From the NCBI GenBank assembly GCA_016281055.1, contig JAEEHW010000085.1, positions 15,203-79,202 of the forward strand: a stretch of 64,000 nt of DNA, read 5' to 3'. Below, piece after piece: positions 33,801 through 43,700 of the stretch (its first letter is position 1; each line of letters begins with the position of its first letter). The notes beneath the pieces were generated by a model. It had not been told where the DNA came from. It saw nothing but the letters and a program-made list of their open reading frames with translations, and did not search any database. The position numbers and the translations under genes were made by a program. This stretch comes from Prevotella sp. GTDB taxonomy: Bacteria; Bacteroidota; Bacteroidia; Bacteroidales; Bacteroidaceae.

Positions 33801-36800
33801 ACAGGTTCTATGAACTGGATTACTGGCTCGATGGAAATGGCAACAAGATATATCCAGACAATCACTGGGTAGATGCTGATAATCAGAGTCACAACACAGA
33901 GTTGAGTTCTCCATTCTCTATTGATAACATTACATACACTCGTGTAGATCAGGATACCATTAAGTTCCAGTTAGGCCAGAACCTCGATCTTCAGGCTGTA
34001 TTCAAGGATAAGAAGTCTTATTACATTGACTTCTCTGCAGGTGGACAGGCAGAGGGACTGCCGCCACTCCAGCAGCACGTAGAGGAGGGCGAGGCATTCA
34101 CTATGCCGCTCCACAACAACCGCCTCTATCTTGAGGGATACACTCTTGTTGACTATACAGATGCTTCAGGCAACCATTATAAGTTTGCCAACAGCTATGT
34201 GCCGACGAGCGACCTGCATCTCACACCAAACTTCAAGCGTAACAATCGCTCATTGGGTGATGTGACGGAAGCAACCACGTTGACGTGGCCGCTCACTACT
34301 GCGGGTAATGCGCCAGACCTGTATTACAACAAGTCGCAAGGCTTGACCGTCAATCAGCTGAAGTTTGTTGGCGACAGCATTGATGTGCCACTCTATATTG
34401 ACGGCAGTGCAGGTGCACTCAGTAACCAGGACAACTCTGCTTACTGCGTAATCAGTGCCGGTTGTGTGCTCACCATGCCGACATCAAAGAACTGTGTAAT
34501 CAATATCAATTCAATAAATGGAGTATTCCAGAATACAGTGATAGCTGGTGCAACGAGCCTGCGCAATACAGCATACAGTTTGGCATACGGTGCTACTGCA
34601 TCGCCGATGGTGACATACACCGGCGAGGCTGCATCACAGGATATCTTGATGAAGGAGTCACGTCGTTGCACAGATGTCAGTGTTACCTATATGCCTATCG
34701 ACAGACCAGAGTTGTCGAAGGTTACATACGGAAGCACAGATCTGACAGCAGTACAGTTGGCTACACTGAAGTCTGTCGGCGAGATAGGCGGCATCAGTTG
34801 TGCAGCATCATACGATGCAGAGACACTGACCACTGTTAGTGCCACTGTAACCAATGGCAGTGTAGAGATTGCGCAGCCAACAGCCGCTAACCCTGTGGCA
34901 CAGATTACGCTGAAGACCGCAGGCGGTGTTGTGGCAGATGTATATACCATCTCATTCGTTGTAACCGACAAGACGGCTCCTACTGCACAGTCGGCAACAG
35001 TGTCAGGCAACGCTGCGTCGCTCAATGGTTCTACAACCGTCAGCGGGGTAGGGGAGAACGGTGTCATTGCTATCACCTTCGACCATTACATGAACGATGT
35101 CACCCTTGCAAGCACGACAGGCTTGGGGCAGGCACTTGTGGGTAAGGCCGATGGTAAGACATTGAAATTTACATACTGGAACCTCATAGCAGGCCAGACA
35201 TATACGCTTACCATTCCTGCACAGACATTGAGCGATACATACGGCACATCGGTAGCTGGCAGTATCGTGGTGAAATTCACACCGGAGGAAAAGAGTAATC
35301 CGCAGCCAAAACTGTTTGACTTCGTTGTCACTCACAAGCGTAGTTGGGATTGTGAGACACAGACAGAAGGAGAACTTGTGCAGACTGTCAGCAATGATGT
35401 CATTGCCAACCTTGATAAACTGAACATAAGGTATGGCACCATCGACGAGGCTACGGAGGCTGCCAATGCCGCTTCTGGCTCAGAGCGTTTCTATATCTTC
35501 GTACCTGACGGAGAATATTGCATGAAGGGTAACAGCAAGGGCGTGCTCACAGGAACATACAACGATACCAAACTCGGAAACAACCAGGGTCTGGTGGTCG
35601 AGAACTACTATAACGGCCGTACGTTCATCAACCGTGACAATGTCTCTATTATCGGACAGAGCCAGAATCGTACGGTGTTGTACAATGAGCCATACATATA
35701 CGGTATAAGCTATACGTCAACCCTTGAGGTACGCAGTAAGAAGAAAGACTGCTACTTCCAGGACTTTACTGTGGACAACCGTTTCTCAAAGTACCAAGTT
35801 GACCGTGGCGATGCAAACCCGACAGGCCAGGCTGTTGCCGTATATGACCGAGGCATACACTCCGTATGGAAGAACGTCAGCATGAAGGGTTATCAGGATA
35901 CCTACGCTTCTGCAGCCAACTCCAGTGGCTTCAATGTGGACAAGGGACAGGTAACACCAAACTGTTTCCATACCTACCGTTACTATGAGGATTGTCAGGT
36001 ATGGGGTACAGTTGACTTCCTCTGCGGTGGTGGCGACGACTGGTGGGAGCGTCCTACCTTCGTACTCCGCAAGCGTGCTACGGCAAACAATATTGTGGCT
36101 CCACGCCATTTCCATCCAAGCGTTACACAGTATTGCACAGGTGCAGACTATCTCTTCACAGAGAAATGGGGCTATGTGTTCAATAATGCCAAGGTGAAGG
36201 CAGAGAGCGAGGCCGCTTACAATGTGCAGAACGGTAAGTTCACACTTGGACGTCCGTGGGCATACTCTCCAACATGCACATTCCTCAACACCGACTTCAG
36301 TGTCAAGCCTGCCGATGTAGGATGGAGTAACATGTCTGGTACGCTTGTGATACGTATGCATGAATACAGCTCAACGCTCAATGGTCTGCAGATGGATCTC
36401 ACCAAGCGTACGCTGCGTGCATCAACACCAGCCGCTGGTTCTGATGACTGCATACTCACGGCAGAACAGGCAGCACAGTACACTATGCACAACGTGCTCG
36501 GTGGCGACGATGCTTACGATCCTACCATATACACCAAGCAGATATCTATGGAGGATGCTATCGTCAAGAACAGCACCAACGACAACGGTGACTGTACCAT
36601 AACATGGAATCCGGTTGATGATGCACTCTGTTATTTCATCTTCCGTATTGACGAGGCAACGGGTGATACATTGTTATACACTCTCTCCACAGGCGCTTCG
36701 TTCAAACCTGCAGATAATCAGGCAGGCAAACGCTTTGTGATACGTGCTGCCAATGAGCGTGGAGGACTGGGTGCACCGTCGCGTGCAATCGTGTATATGC

Positions 36801-37468
36801 CGCTTGAGTCCTTCTCTGTAACAGTCAAGGAGGTCGGTGCAGTTTCAGGTAAGGGCTGGAGTACAGTTTGTCTGCCTGTTGACGCTACATTCACACAGAG
36901 TAGCGACATTACCGTATATGCGGCCGTTTCTGTTGACAACACCACCCTGACGCTCAAGAAGGTGACAACTCAGGGATTAAAGGCAGGACGTGGATACATC
37001 ATATACGCCACTGCGCCTGATACATACATCTTCAAGGGTACTTACAATGCGGTTACACCAATATATGGCAACATATATTCTGTACTCGATGGTAACCCTG
37101 AAAATCATGCTGTCAGCGTGGGTATGCTTAACATCTATACGCTTGCATACAAGTCGGAGATAAGCAGTCAGGTGGGCTTCTACAAGTTCGTGGGTAGTCA
37201 GATACCGGCTCGCAAGGCATACCTCACCAGCGACTACCTTGCAAGTCAGGGCTTCTCTCTCAATGATGCCGGAGCAAAGGGACTCAATGTGGTATTCCTT
37301 GACGATGATGAAGACATAGATGGGGATGCTACCGATGTGCAGGGTGTGAATGAGGATGCAGACAGCGATGCTGAAACGGTATATGACCTCTCTGGTAAGG
37401 CTGTGGAACGCTCACAGATGCATAAGGGACAGATATATATCGTCAATGGCGAGAAGAAAATGTGGTAA
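27842..37468 (+). CDS. giant modular secreted surface protein, paralog 2 (3208 aa), with an intact CE8 pectinesterase-like module and a T9SS-CTD-like tail
   Basis: ORF track. The signal MLLLSLYLVFDCLVASAQ follows a 28-aa extension. There are three Big_2-like modules (e.g. LTTGDTRTLVDGTDY..VATVDANGVITAVGVGETTITLSQ). Ig-like modules are present (DTYQWY..VYYVYCLATNSENG; SHYQWY..HYIYCVASNS). Also present are InlB-B-repeat-like modules, a CHB_HEX_C-like module (DVYYTIDGTTPS) and a divergent B-repeat (VTARAVAKAGYGFKGW). Confidence 0.9.
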   Translation: MYSIGKLLRVKGLEEKYFCVSTKGRAYSMLLLSLYLVFDCLVASAQVVQPVSPMYDFRSWSATTISNLQAVALANDDANITSDTPWSTSESATPGVTSETNDGHGFYNHAVVTDAALAANGTAVTEVAGLTVNAPSHGIGIINDIASTSLGDYANSSYLWLMNKTTYVVIPNVLCGATITVGVESHNPSKGRGVEAFYKDANGEWQSIGKYTSKVFANKTFDIPVVPGLTSTEVKLQATDGMHLYYIDAQINGMKVLTNSLNLTTGDTRTLVDGTDYENRSGAAITFSTGNVDVATVDANGVITAVGVGETTITLSQPASGDYAASTQTIAVSVISTNVNPTFTTNLNATYSVLQGRTVCMKVDMIDGDTYQWYTCTDIDGETGKTAIENATSNTYNIPDEWPNGVYYVYCLATNSENGNYTRSNVATVTVSPMTHTFDFTSLSAQTLANMAADNVNWTPYEKGTQTAGANDDMGYYTANAMTDFSLLSANGENLSETYPLLFAAKGKSLAFGFMYDMPTAAISGATQYYNGSGMLWLTSGGNSSIVIPNVKCGSILKIGLESHKNSDGRGVTLYYGSNNNNTWTKGDAYKPMLFTEYEITVPGTDEVTDLKLEATSGTHIYYLDVDMQGFRLLSDTKLMEQGEEYTLVENTDYAKLGSDAVVKAISSSDETVATVDENGKITAVGIGTAVISVKQEKEGVYSETILELTLNVKKLYTVTYDKGSDSAVKGQALGAVRYEENAEIKLPSPNRLMYKDGFTMTGWSDGQNTYVFADDYTVTHNVNMVPVFTANTTGKTLSALANAETVTWQFGRTNGAPSMDWNAASAQPGYLVAQCNVNGETQDVTLKINTQAEGAGFTNAERADKADAQVGDHTVFTIPAAEHMQITINNVSGAAPAATISATGLEATEMTWNSSAKTLTYTYDGNASEVIIDVAAVEFLDGITVKYPRPSDFAIVENAGTLDMTESEKHTLTIDADYVTSSDGAMTYTSSNDEVATVTASGEIVARGAGTAVITVKQAATSDCCKGEINFTVNVTATTQNVVITNNLPATAEGYIKSTNIFSIAADNASHYQWYVCTNANKSGSTAIAGATEPEYNFRPATVGVHYIYCVASNSKNSVASVVCKVTANRKLQWTFAQTAEEVAAIQTAIDGGSDYWGTSSNGRYVTNHIYTGEEVMIDESTPLPIMEGLLVTGSSSNQLLVGSPTNTNYNRLQLNAEYTITIPGCKGGDEINIVCEQASNKTSVTRELHVSNAYCADGLGDNHDYIQNTEHQSTFKFVMQRDGDCNITAENYAIHSISIIDENYVKKRYVYSVVAVDSLSGDTLDYVLPVTTAWEGDVVSGVAYSYWKRTADNRLVQRSSQNKNFHMNYEVNQDTTFVIRYKNLGIDKVVYLSEAENISGAKPCAGSTVEARASNAGAAYCDAARGIKLTTLSPGRYAIRVGILDAKKGGENKLALLADKDSIKFVTPATSSTNQFCELADTITVDGFTDIIWPKGGDDDLGFDIIAIYDVSLPKADKPVIELDNETATMTITTGDDEDDVYYTIDGTTPSSTNGTYYDGTPVHLPTNCTIRAVALHSQKKPSDIADKITEFVTYKVNVTPWPRTFGFVQVTPQSSNNTYTVGTEVTARAVAKAGYGFKGWCATTDGSIEDGMEDQKHTFTMTAEDVVLYAQFAEGVKGTVHYDLSAAKWYTSEGEEAAPQTINGASTFPTEIVSTSVIVPSNYSLYVPDYTLAYWEDSENRKYECGVNKLFTNDFKEVTLHPVYQNNAEADILSVRTTPVEITWDFRTAYGAQPVTMEKGTGEERYYTTHATVSGQTAAEQIVDVPVVIAVGTEEGSFTNEDMDTWSYMTPGTKVIVPSGAGARFTLATYARISDTESGTRINGKLPDNIYSEELVKNADGHYLYTWLVDEETPTAQLIIGADDYAYYAYLKAELKAAALKTLNVTSENSAKGTVKIVTTGDVKVSGGHAFTNGTYVTVAAARNRFYELDYWLDGNGNKIYPDNHWVDADNQSHNTELSSPFSIDNITYTRVDQDTIKFQLGQNLDLQAVFKDKKSYYIDFSAGGQAEGLPPLQQHVEEGEAFTMPLHNNRLYLEGYTLVDYTDASGNHYKFANSYVPTSDLHLTPNFKRNNRSLGDVTEATTLTWPLTTAGNAPDLYYNKSQGLTVNQLKFVGDSIDVPLYIDGSAGALSNQDNSAYCVISAGCVLTMPTSKNCVININSINGVFQNTVIAGATSLRNTAYSLAYGATASPMVTYTGEAASQDILMKESRRCTDVSVTYMPIDRPELSKVTYGSTDLTAVQLATLKSVGEIGGISCAASYDAETLTTVSATVTNGSVEIAQPTAANPVAQITLKTAGGVVADVYTISFVVTDKTAPTAQSATVSGNAASLNGSTTVSGVGENGVIAITFDHYMNDVTLASTTGLGQALVGKADGKTLKFTYWNLIAGQTYTLTIPAQTLSDTYGTSVAGSIVVKFTPEEKSNPQPKLFDFVVTHKRSWDCETQTEGELVQTVSNDVIANLDKLNIRYGTIDEATEAANAASGSERFYIFVPDGEYCMKGNSKGVLTGTYNDTKLGNNQGLVVENYYNGRTFINRDNVSIIGQSQNRTVLYNEPYIYGISYTSTLEVRSKKKDCYFQDFTVDNRFSKYQVDRGDANPTGQAVAVYDRGIHSVWKNVSMKGYQDTYASAANSSGFNVDKGQVTPNCFHTYRYYEDCQVWGTVDFLCGGGDDWWERPTFVLRKRATANNIVAPRHFHPSVTQYCTGADYLFTEKWGYVFNNAKVKAESEAAYNVQNGKFTLGRPWAYSPTCTFLNTDFSVKPADVGWSNMSGTLVIRMHEYSSTLNGLQMDLTKRTLRASTPAAGSDDCILTAEQAAQYTMHNVLGGDDAYDPTIYTKQISMEDAIVKNSTNDNGDCTITWNPVDDALCYFIFRIDEATGDTLLYTLSTGASFKPADNQAGKRFVIRAANERGGLGAPSRAIVYMPLESFSVTVKEVGAVSGKGWSTVCLPVDATFTQSSDITVYAAVSVDNTTLTLKKVTTQGLKAGRGYIIYATAPDTYIFKGTYNAVTPIYGNIYSVLDGNPENHAVSVGMLNIYTLAYKSEISSQVGFYKFVGSQIPARKAYLTSDYLASQGFSLNDAGAKGLNVVFLDDDEDIDGDATDVQGVNEDADSDAETVYDLSGKAVERSQMHKGQIYIVNGEKKMW
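35310..36560 (+). other. CE8 pectinesterase-like module with the full catalytic motif set
   Basis: GQAVAVYDRG; MKGYQDTY (QD at 35894-35899); WGTVDFLCGG (D at 36014-36016); FTLGRPWAY (R at 36251-36253, W at 36257-36259). Order and spacing match the CE8 family pattern QAVAL / GxQDTL / GxVDFIFG / LGRPW. Confidence 0.7.
37325..37465 (+). other. T9SS C-terminal sorting domain-like tail (paralog 2)
   Basis: DATDVQGVNEDADSDAETVYDLSGKAVERSQMHKGQIYIVNGEKKMW. Confidence 0.5.
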
Positions 37469-37484
37469 ATACCTTTGCTTGCTT

Positions 37485-37590
37485 GGTAGTTAATGGTAGT
37501 TAAGAGGAGTTAAAGGACAAATGTATTAGACTAATTAATAGGGAAAAGAAATGTCCCTTAACTCCCCTTAATTCCCTTTAACTTCTAAAG
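37485..37590. repeat. two opposed arrays of 9-10-bp units (AGTTAARGG / CCYTTAACT) forming a long imperfect palindrome after paralog 2
   Basis: The left array is ggtagttaat ggtagttaag aggagttaaa ggac. The right array is gtcccttaac tccccttaat tccctttaac ttctaaag. The best stem is gagttaaaggaca (37507-37519) against tgtcccttaactc (37552-37564), 12 of 13 matches. Confidence 0.7.
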
Positions 37591-37619
37591 AATAGTACGT
37601 TGTGAATTTTCGAGATTTA

Positions 37620-37663
37620 ATCCTATTAGAAGTAATGTGACAAAGTGTTATTTCTAATGGGAT
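37620..37663 (+). terminator. hairpin plus T-run, a likely terminator downstream of paralog 2
   Basis: atcctattagaagtaa - tgtgacaaagtg - ttatttctaatgggat (14 of 16 pairs), followed by tttattgcttttt. Confidence 0.5.
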
Positions 37664-37743
37664 TTTATTGCTTTTTATAGTTAAATATTTTTAAAATATC
37701 CAAATATTCTTGTGCTTTCTTCTTCTTTTTAGCATATTTTATC

Positions 37744-37751
37744 TAATTTTG
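37744..37751 (+). promoter_or_regulatory. Bacteroidota -7 box TAATTTTG for paralog 3
   Basis: Read in atctaattttgctat, 44 nt upstream of ATG 37796. Confidence 0.45.
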
Positions 37752-37795
37752 CTATTTGGTGGAAATCATATTGCATTGCAAAAATTATTAGGTAA

Positions 37796-40700
37796 ATGGA
37801 TAAACACAGGAATATTTTGCACCTTGACGTGCGCACATCAAGATTTGTCACTACTCTGTGGCTGGTACTACTCATGTTTGTAATGGGTGGTGTGAAGTCG
37901 TGGGCAACGACGATTTTCTCATTAAGTACAAGTCAGGCAACAGATCAAACAATCACTTATGGAGCTACGATAGACCCTATTGATGCGTCCAATGCCACTG
38001 TTTCGGGTGGTAGTGTTGCGGTGGTGAGCCTTCGTTCTCCTGCGGAAAATACAGATAAGTACACGTACAATGGCAATTTTTACTTTGGAACCAACAGTGT
38101 GGGTTTCAAAGTGACGCTGAATACGACCTTGTCTGCTGGTGACGTTATCGAATACACGGCAACCAATCAGTTACGTTTCACTATTGCTGGCGCAAACAGC
38201 GGTGGTGTCGTTACGACAGCGTCTTCAACATCGTACACAGTCAAATCTACGGATGAGATATGTGGACAGTCTGTCATATATATATGGAGAGCGAATGGTG
38301 CTGGCACGTCGTTCAATAATATGAGCATCACTCATGTAGAGGTGGACCATAGCAATGATTTCGAGGCTGTTGTAAATAACCAGACAGGTACGTTGCTTAC
38401 ATCAGGTGAGCAGGTACAGGGCACTGTGCTGACTTTCGGCGTTGCCAATGACGGCACGCGTGTGGCATCAAATTCCCCTTCGGCAGTTGGCGTCATATCG
38501 GGTACATATCATAGCGAACACGGAATGACAGGAATGACTGTCACCACGGACGTATTGGGACCTGTTAGGATCACTGTTGGAGCTTGTACATATAGCACTA
38601 ATGCGATAACAGTCACAAACAGTGCCAATGATGTTGTGGCTACAAAGAATCCTTTGATAAATTGTTGGAAGAATAATCGCAGTAACGTGACGGTGCTCTA
38701 TTATAATGGAGCCCCAACTACGCTTACTATCAGTGGCATGCAATTTTGCCCATATATAAAGGTAGAGGCAATAGCTGCTTCCGAGATACCTTCTACTGTC
38801 AATGTGTCCTTTGCGAAAGGAGATGCGGTAGGTAATGCCCCTGCGGCAAAAGAGGTGGGCATAGGTTCGGAATACACTCTGCCGGAGAATCGTTCTCTCT
38901 ACAAAGAGGGATATACACTCACGGGGTGGAGCGATGGGACCAACACTTATGCACCTGGTGATACATATACCCTTGGTGATGTCGATGTGGAATTCACTCC
39001 AGTGTTCACCGCCAATACAAAATCTCTTGGTGACCGTACAGCCTCTGTGTCCCTGACGTGGACGTTTGGAGAAAACAGCGGTGCACCAACTGTCTCGTGG
39101 CAGAACAAGAGTGACCAGCCGTTGGTGACTCAGGTTACAGTGTCAGGTGAAACCATAGATGTTCCATTGTGGATAAATACTGAGACAAGTGGAAGTAAGT
39201 TTGCCAATGCCAGCCGAGGTGACAAGTGGGCCCAAGTTACGAGCGGTGCCGTGCTTACCGCACCTTCGTGCAAGGGGGCAACGATAAAGATGGAAGCCTA
39301 TAGTGCGATAAGTACCACGACCATCAACGGCGGTGTTGATTATGAGTCAGGCACCGTTATTACCTCAACAGTAACTGGCGATGGCGAAACAGCCGCTGTC
39401 GTTATCGGTGACGGACAGTATTATTCATATATTAAGGTGACGTTGCCGGCATTGCTGCCAGAGTTTACTTCCAACCTCGCCAGCACATACCGTGTGCAGA
39501 CATCTGTTGACAGAATACTCAGCGTGTCAGCCGACTACGCTACGTCATACCAGTGGTACACTGCCACTGCCGCAGACAAGACGGGCGAGACTGCCATTGC
39601 TGGTGCCAATAGTGCATCATACACCTTCAACCGTGCAACTGCCGGTACATATTATATCTATTGTAAGGCCACCAATGTTGTAGGTACTGTTGCATCAAGG
39701 GTGGCTACGATTACCGTGTCTGACGTGTTGCCAACCTTCGACTTCACAGATTGGAGCAATGCGACAGTGACGAAGCTTAAGGCTGACGAAGCATGGAATA
39801 CAGCGCGTGATGCCACGGCAAGCGTGGATGCCTCACATTATAATACTGATTCCAACAACGATAGTGTCAATGACAAATACATCATGGGTGGTGCATGGAC
39901 AGACAATGTGGCTGGCGGTACGCTCATGGCGAACAATGCCGTAATACCTGAAACATTCGGCCTCGACTTTGGCGGTCCGCTGACAAATAATGCCTCTGCC
40001 ATAGTATATGACCAACAGGTGGATTACACACTTCCGCTCACTTTCAATTACCAGGGTGCGAAGTATCTGCAGCCGGGTGCCAATAAGGGATTCCTTATTC
40101 CGAATGTAAGGGTGGGCTCGACATTGCGTTTCAACATTGAGGCGCACGACTTCTCGTCTGCCAGCGGCATAAACCTGTTCTTGGGTGGAGCCGATGGCAC
40201 CAACCTCACAAACGCTACAACGGCAAATGGATGGCTGACCACCACACAAAGCACTCCGTCAATAGAACTCACAAGTGCACTCGTGGGCAACAACGATTAT
40301 GTTGACATCTATGTGCAGCCTACAGCTGTCATGCACATCTATACCATAGAGGCAGAGATGGCACTTGGTGTAACCACCAAGACCAAGACTGCCAACGTGG
40401 GAGATACCTACACCCTCACAGAGGGACGTGACTACTTCTCTGGTACAGGCGGTGGTGCCATCTCCTTTGCCAGCATGAATACAGAGATAGCCACCGTCGA
40501 TGCCACAGGCAAGATTACCGCAGTGGCTCCTGGTACGGTGAAGATTGCTGTCATCCGTGCAGCATCGGGCAACTATGCTGAGCACGCCGATACATTGGCG
40601 TTTACTGTTGATGCCCCAGTCAGCGTGACTTACGACAAAGGTGATGCAGAAGGTGCTCTGCCTCCTACAGCAATGAACATGAGTTATAACAAGGGTACGG

Positions 40701-43700
40701 TGATAACCTTGCCTGCCGGTCCGAACCTCTACCTTTATAAAGAAGGTTATACCATGCAGGGATGGACTGACGGTACAGCCGATTATGACTTCGGTGCAGA
40801 ATACACCGTGACAAGTGATGTCACTATCTATCCTAAGTTTGCTGCCAATACCAAGACTCTTGCCACACGCAGTGGCACTGCCGAGGTGCTTCTTGATTTG
40901 CAGCGCAAGAATGGTACTCCTACCTTGGCGATAGAGAACAAAGCTGGTATTCTTGTAGTGCAGTCTGATGTGGATGGTGAAACCATCGACGTAAAGATAG
41001 CTTACGACACCAGACCTGGTAAGATAGCCAACGGCAACTGGGATGATTGGTGTCAGGTCAATAACGGTACTACTTTCCAACTGCCATCGTGTGCCGGTGC
41101 AGTGCTCTCTTTTGAAACTTATAATGCGACAAAGACCACGACTATCGATGGTGAAGCAATGAGTACCAATGAGTCACAGACACCGTCTGTAAATATCACT
41201 TCCACTGCCAATCCTATTACAGTCGTCATGGGTGGCGATCTGGAATATATGCGTTGGATAAAGATCCTGCTTCCTGCAAAGCCTAAGTTTACGGTCAACC
41301 TCAGTGGTACATATCGTCTCATTCAGGGACGTTCAAAGACTCTTTCTATCGAAACAGACCAGGTAGTCAACTACCAGTGGTATCGCAATACCACAGCCTC
41401 CAACACCGGAGGTACTGTCATTGTGGGGGCAACGTCTCATGAATACGGCTTTGCCACAGATGCAGAGACAGAACCAGGTTCTTATTATTTCTATTGTGTA
41501 GCCTCAAATGCAGTAGGCGAAATAGTGTCTGGCGTGGCAACAGTCATCGTGGAGTCTGTGACAAAGAACCACACATTCGATTTCACCAACTGGTCTGAGA
41601 CATCTTTCGAGGCTCTTGCTGCCGATAATGTCAACTGGTCTGAGAAGGAGAAAGTATCAGGCAGTGGCAATGATGGCGTGGGTTACTACAATCATGTTGC
41701 AATTACGAATGCAATCCTTGCGGCTGACGGTCATGAGATTGGTGAAACATTCCCGTTGCGCTTTACTGGAGGTGCACATACATTGGGAATGATAAATGCA
41801 CTTCCAAGCACCGATATTGGTACATACGCAGGCGAACAATATCTGTGGATGTTCAAGGGAAACAGTATGGTTATCCCTAATGTTAAGATGGGTACAGACA
41901 TTACTCTTGGAATGGAGAGCCACAAAACATCTGATTTGCGTGGCTTCACCATATATTATGGTAATGCAGCCACAGACGAATGGACATCACTGGGCGACTA
42001 CAAGACAAGAACGTATATTGATACGCTTGTATCAATCCCTGATGGCGCTGGATACTGCGACGTTAAATTGTCTTGCGTGGCTCACACTCACCTATATTAT
42101 ATAGATTGTACATACAATGATTTCGCACTTCTTAAAGACGATCAGCGAATAAGTCTCGGTGATGAATACACCATTACGCGTGGTGTTGACTATGAAACCT
42201 CATCCAATGCGGCACTGACATTCGCCATAAGCGATCCTACCGTTGCTACCGTTGATGCAAGTGGCGTAATCACTACTATCAAATCAGGTTCTACAAATCT
42301 GACGATTACGCAGGCTGCCCACGACGGCATGCCAGCATTGGCACACACCATGACAATCCGTGTGGTTGCACCATCAGACCTCAATGCACTGAAGAGTGAG
42401 ATAACGATTCACGAGGGCGATACATATACCCTCACACGTCGTACAGATTATAATACATCTTCTGATGCACCTGTGACATACACCTCAAGTGACGAGGATG
42501 TCATATCTGTTTCTGCCGATGGTCTTATCACGGTCAACAGTGACGGTGATGCCACCATCGTGATACGTCAGGAAGCTAACGAACTGTATAATGCAGGCGT
42601 TACACGCATCATTGTACATGGCGTACTTGCCACAGACTATCCTACTGTAGTGTCAAACATCGGTACTGAGAAGACAATCTTCACCTACACATCTGCTAAA
42701 CTCGACTTTGTAACCACAGGTGCCACATCTTATCAGTGGTACACTTGCGATGATGAGTTTATGACCAATCCCGTCAAGATTGATGGTGAGACTTCCAGCT
42801 ATATGTTTGCGCGTCATACATCTCCAGACGACAAATACTACTATTGTATAGCAGAGAACTCAAAGGGGCGCGTCGTTTCTGACGTGTGCCACATAACGTC
42901 TGTCCGCAAGGTGCAGTGGGATTTCGTAAGCACCAGTGGTGTTAAGGAACGTGCGGAGGCTGGTTATATGTCCTCAACATCAAAGGGTAGATTGCAGTGT
43001 GATCAGGCACTTGAAGATCAGGAGATGAAACTGAACTCCAAGGAGTATGTGCCTGTAACGGAGGGCTTGTTCATCACAAGACAGGGCAATGTACTTATCG
43101 GTGACTCTACTAACGCTTCTAACAACCGTCTGCAGATGGCAAAGGGCAGCATCAGAATCCCAGGATGTCTGAAAGACGAGATTATCGTGGTGAATGCTGA
43201 ATGGGCTACGAAGAAAAAAGGATTCATCATCCCAGATACCATTGGCACGAATGTGAGATGCAGTGAAGAGGGAATGACGAAGGATTCACTGATAGGCCAG
43301 GCAATGGATTATAAGTTCGTTGTAACGGCAGACGGTTCTGTGACGCTTAACTTCATGGAGGCTGCTCTACACTCCATCACCATTCAGTCTGCTCATGCCA
43401 CTATGATGCAGACATACGATGTGAAGGCAGTGCCAAAGAATGATGAGTCTAACGTACTTAAAACCTACGTTTCTGGCGGCAAGGGCTGGACAGACTCCTT
43501 CGTCAGGGTTCCTTACAGTTACTGGCTAAAGGATGCGGATGGCAAACTATATACTTTGCGTGGCGCTAGTGATGCTCCGCTTGAGGAAACATTCTCGCTT
43601 GAGAGCGACACCACGTTCCTTATAAAGTATAACACCACTGATGTGGAGAATGTGGTATTCCTTTCTGAGGCGGAGGATATAGACGGTGCGAAAGCCTGCA

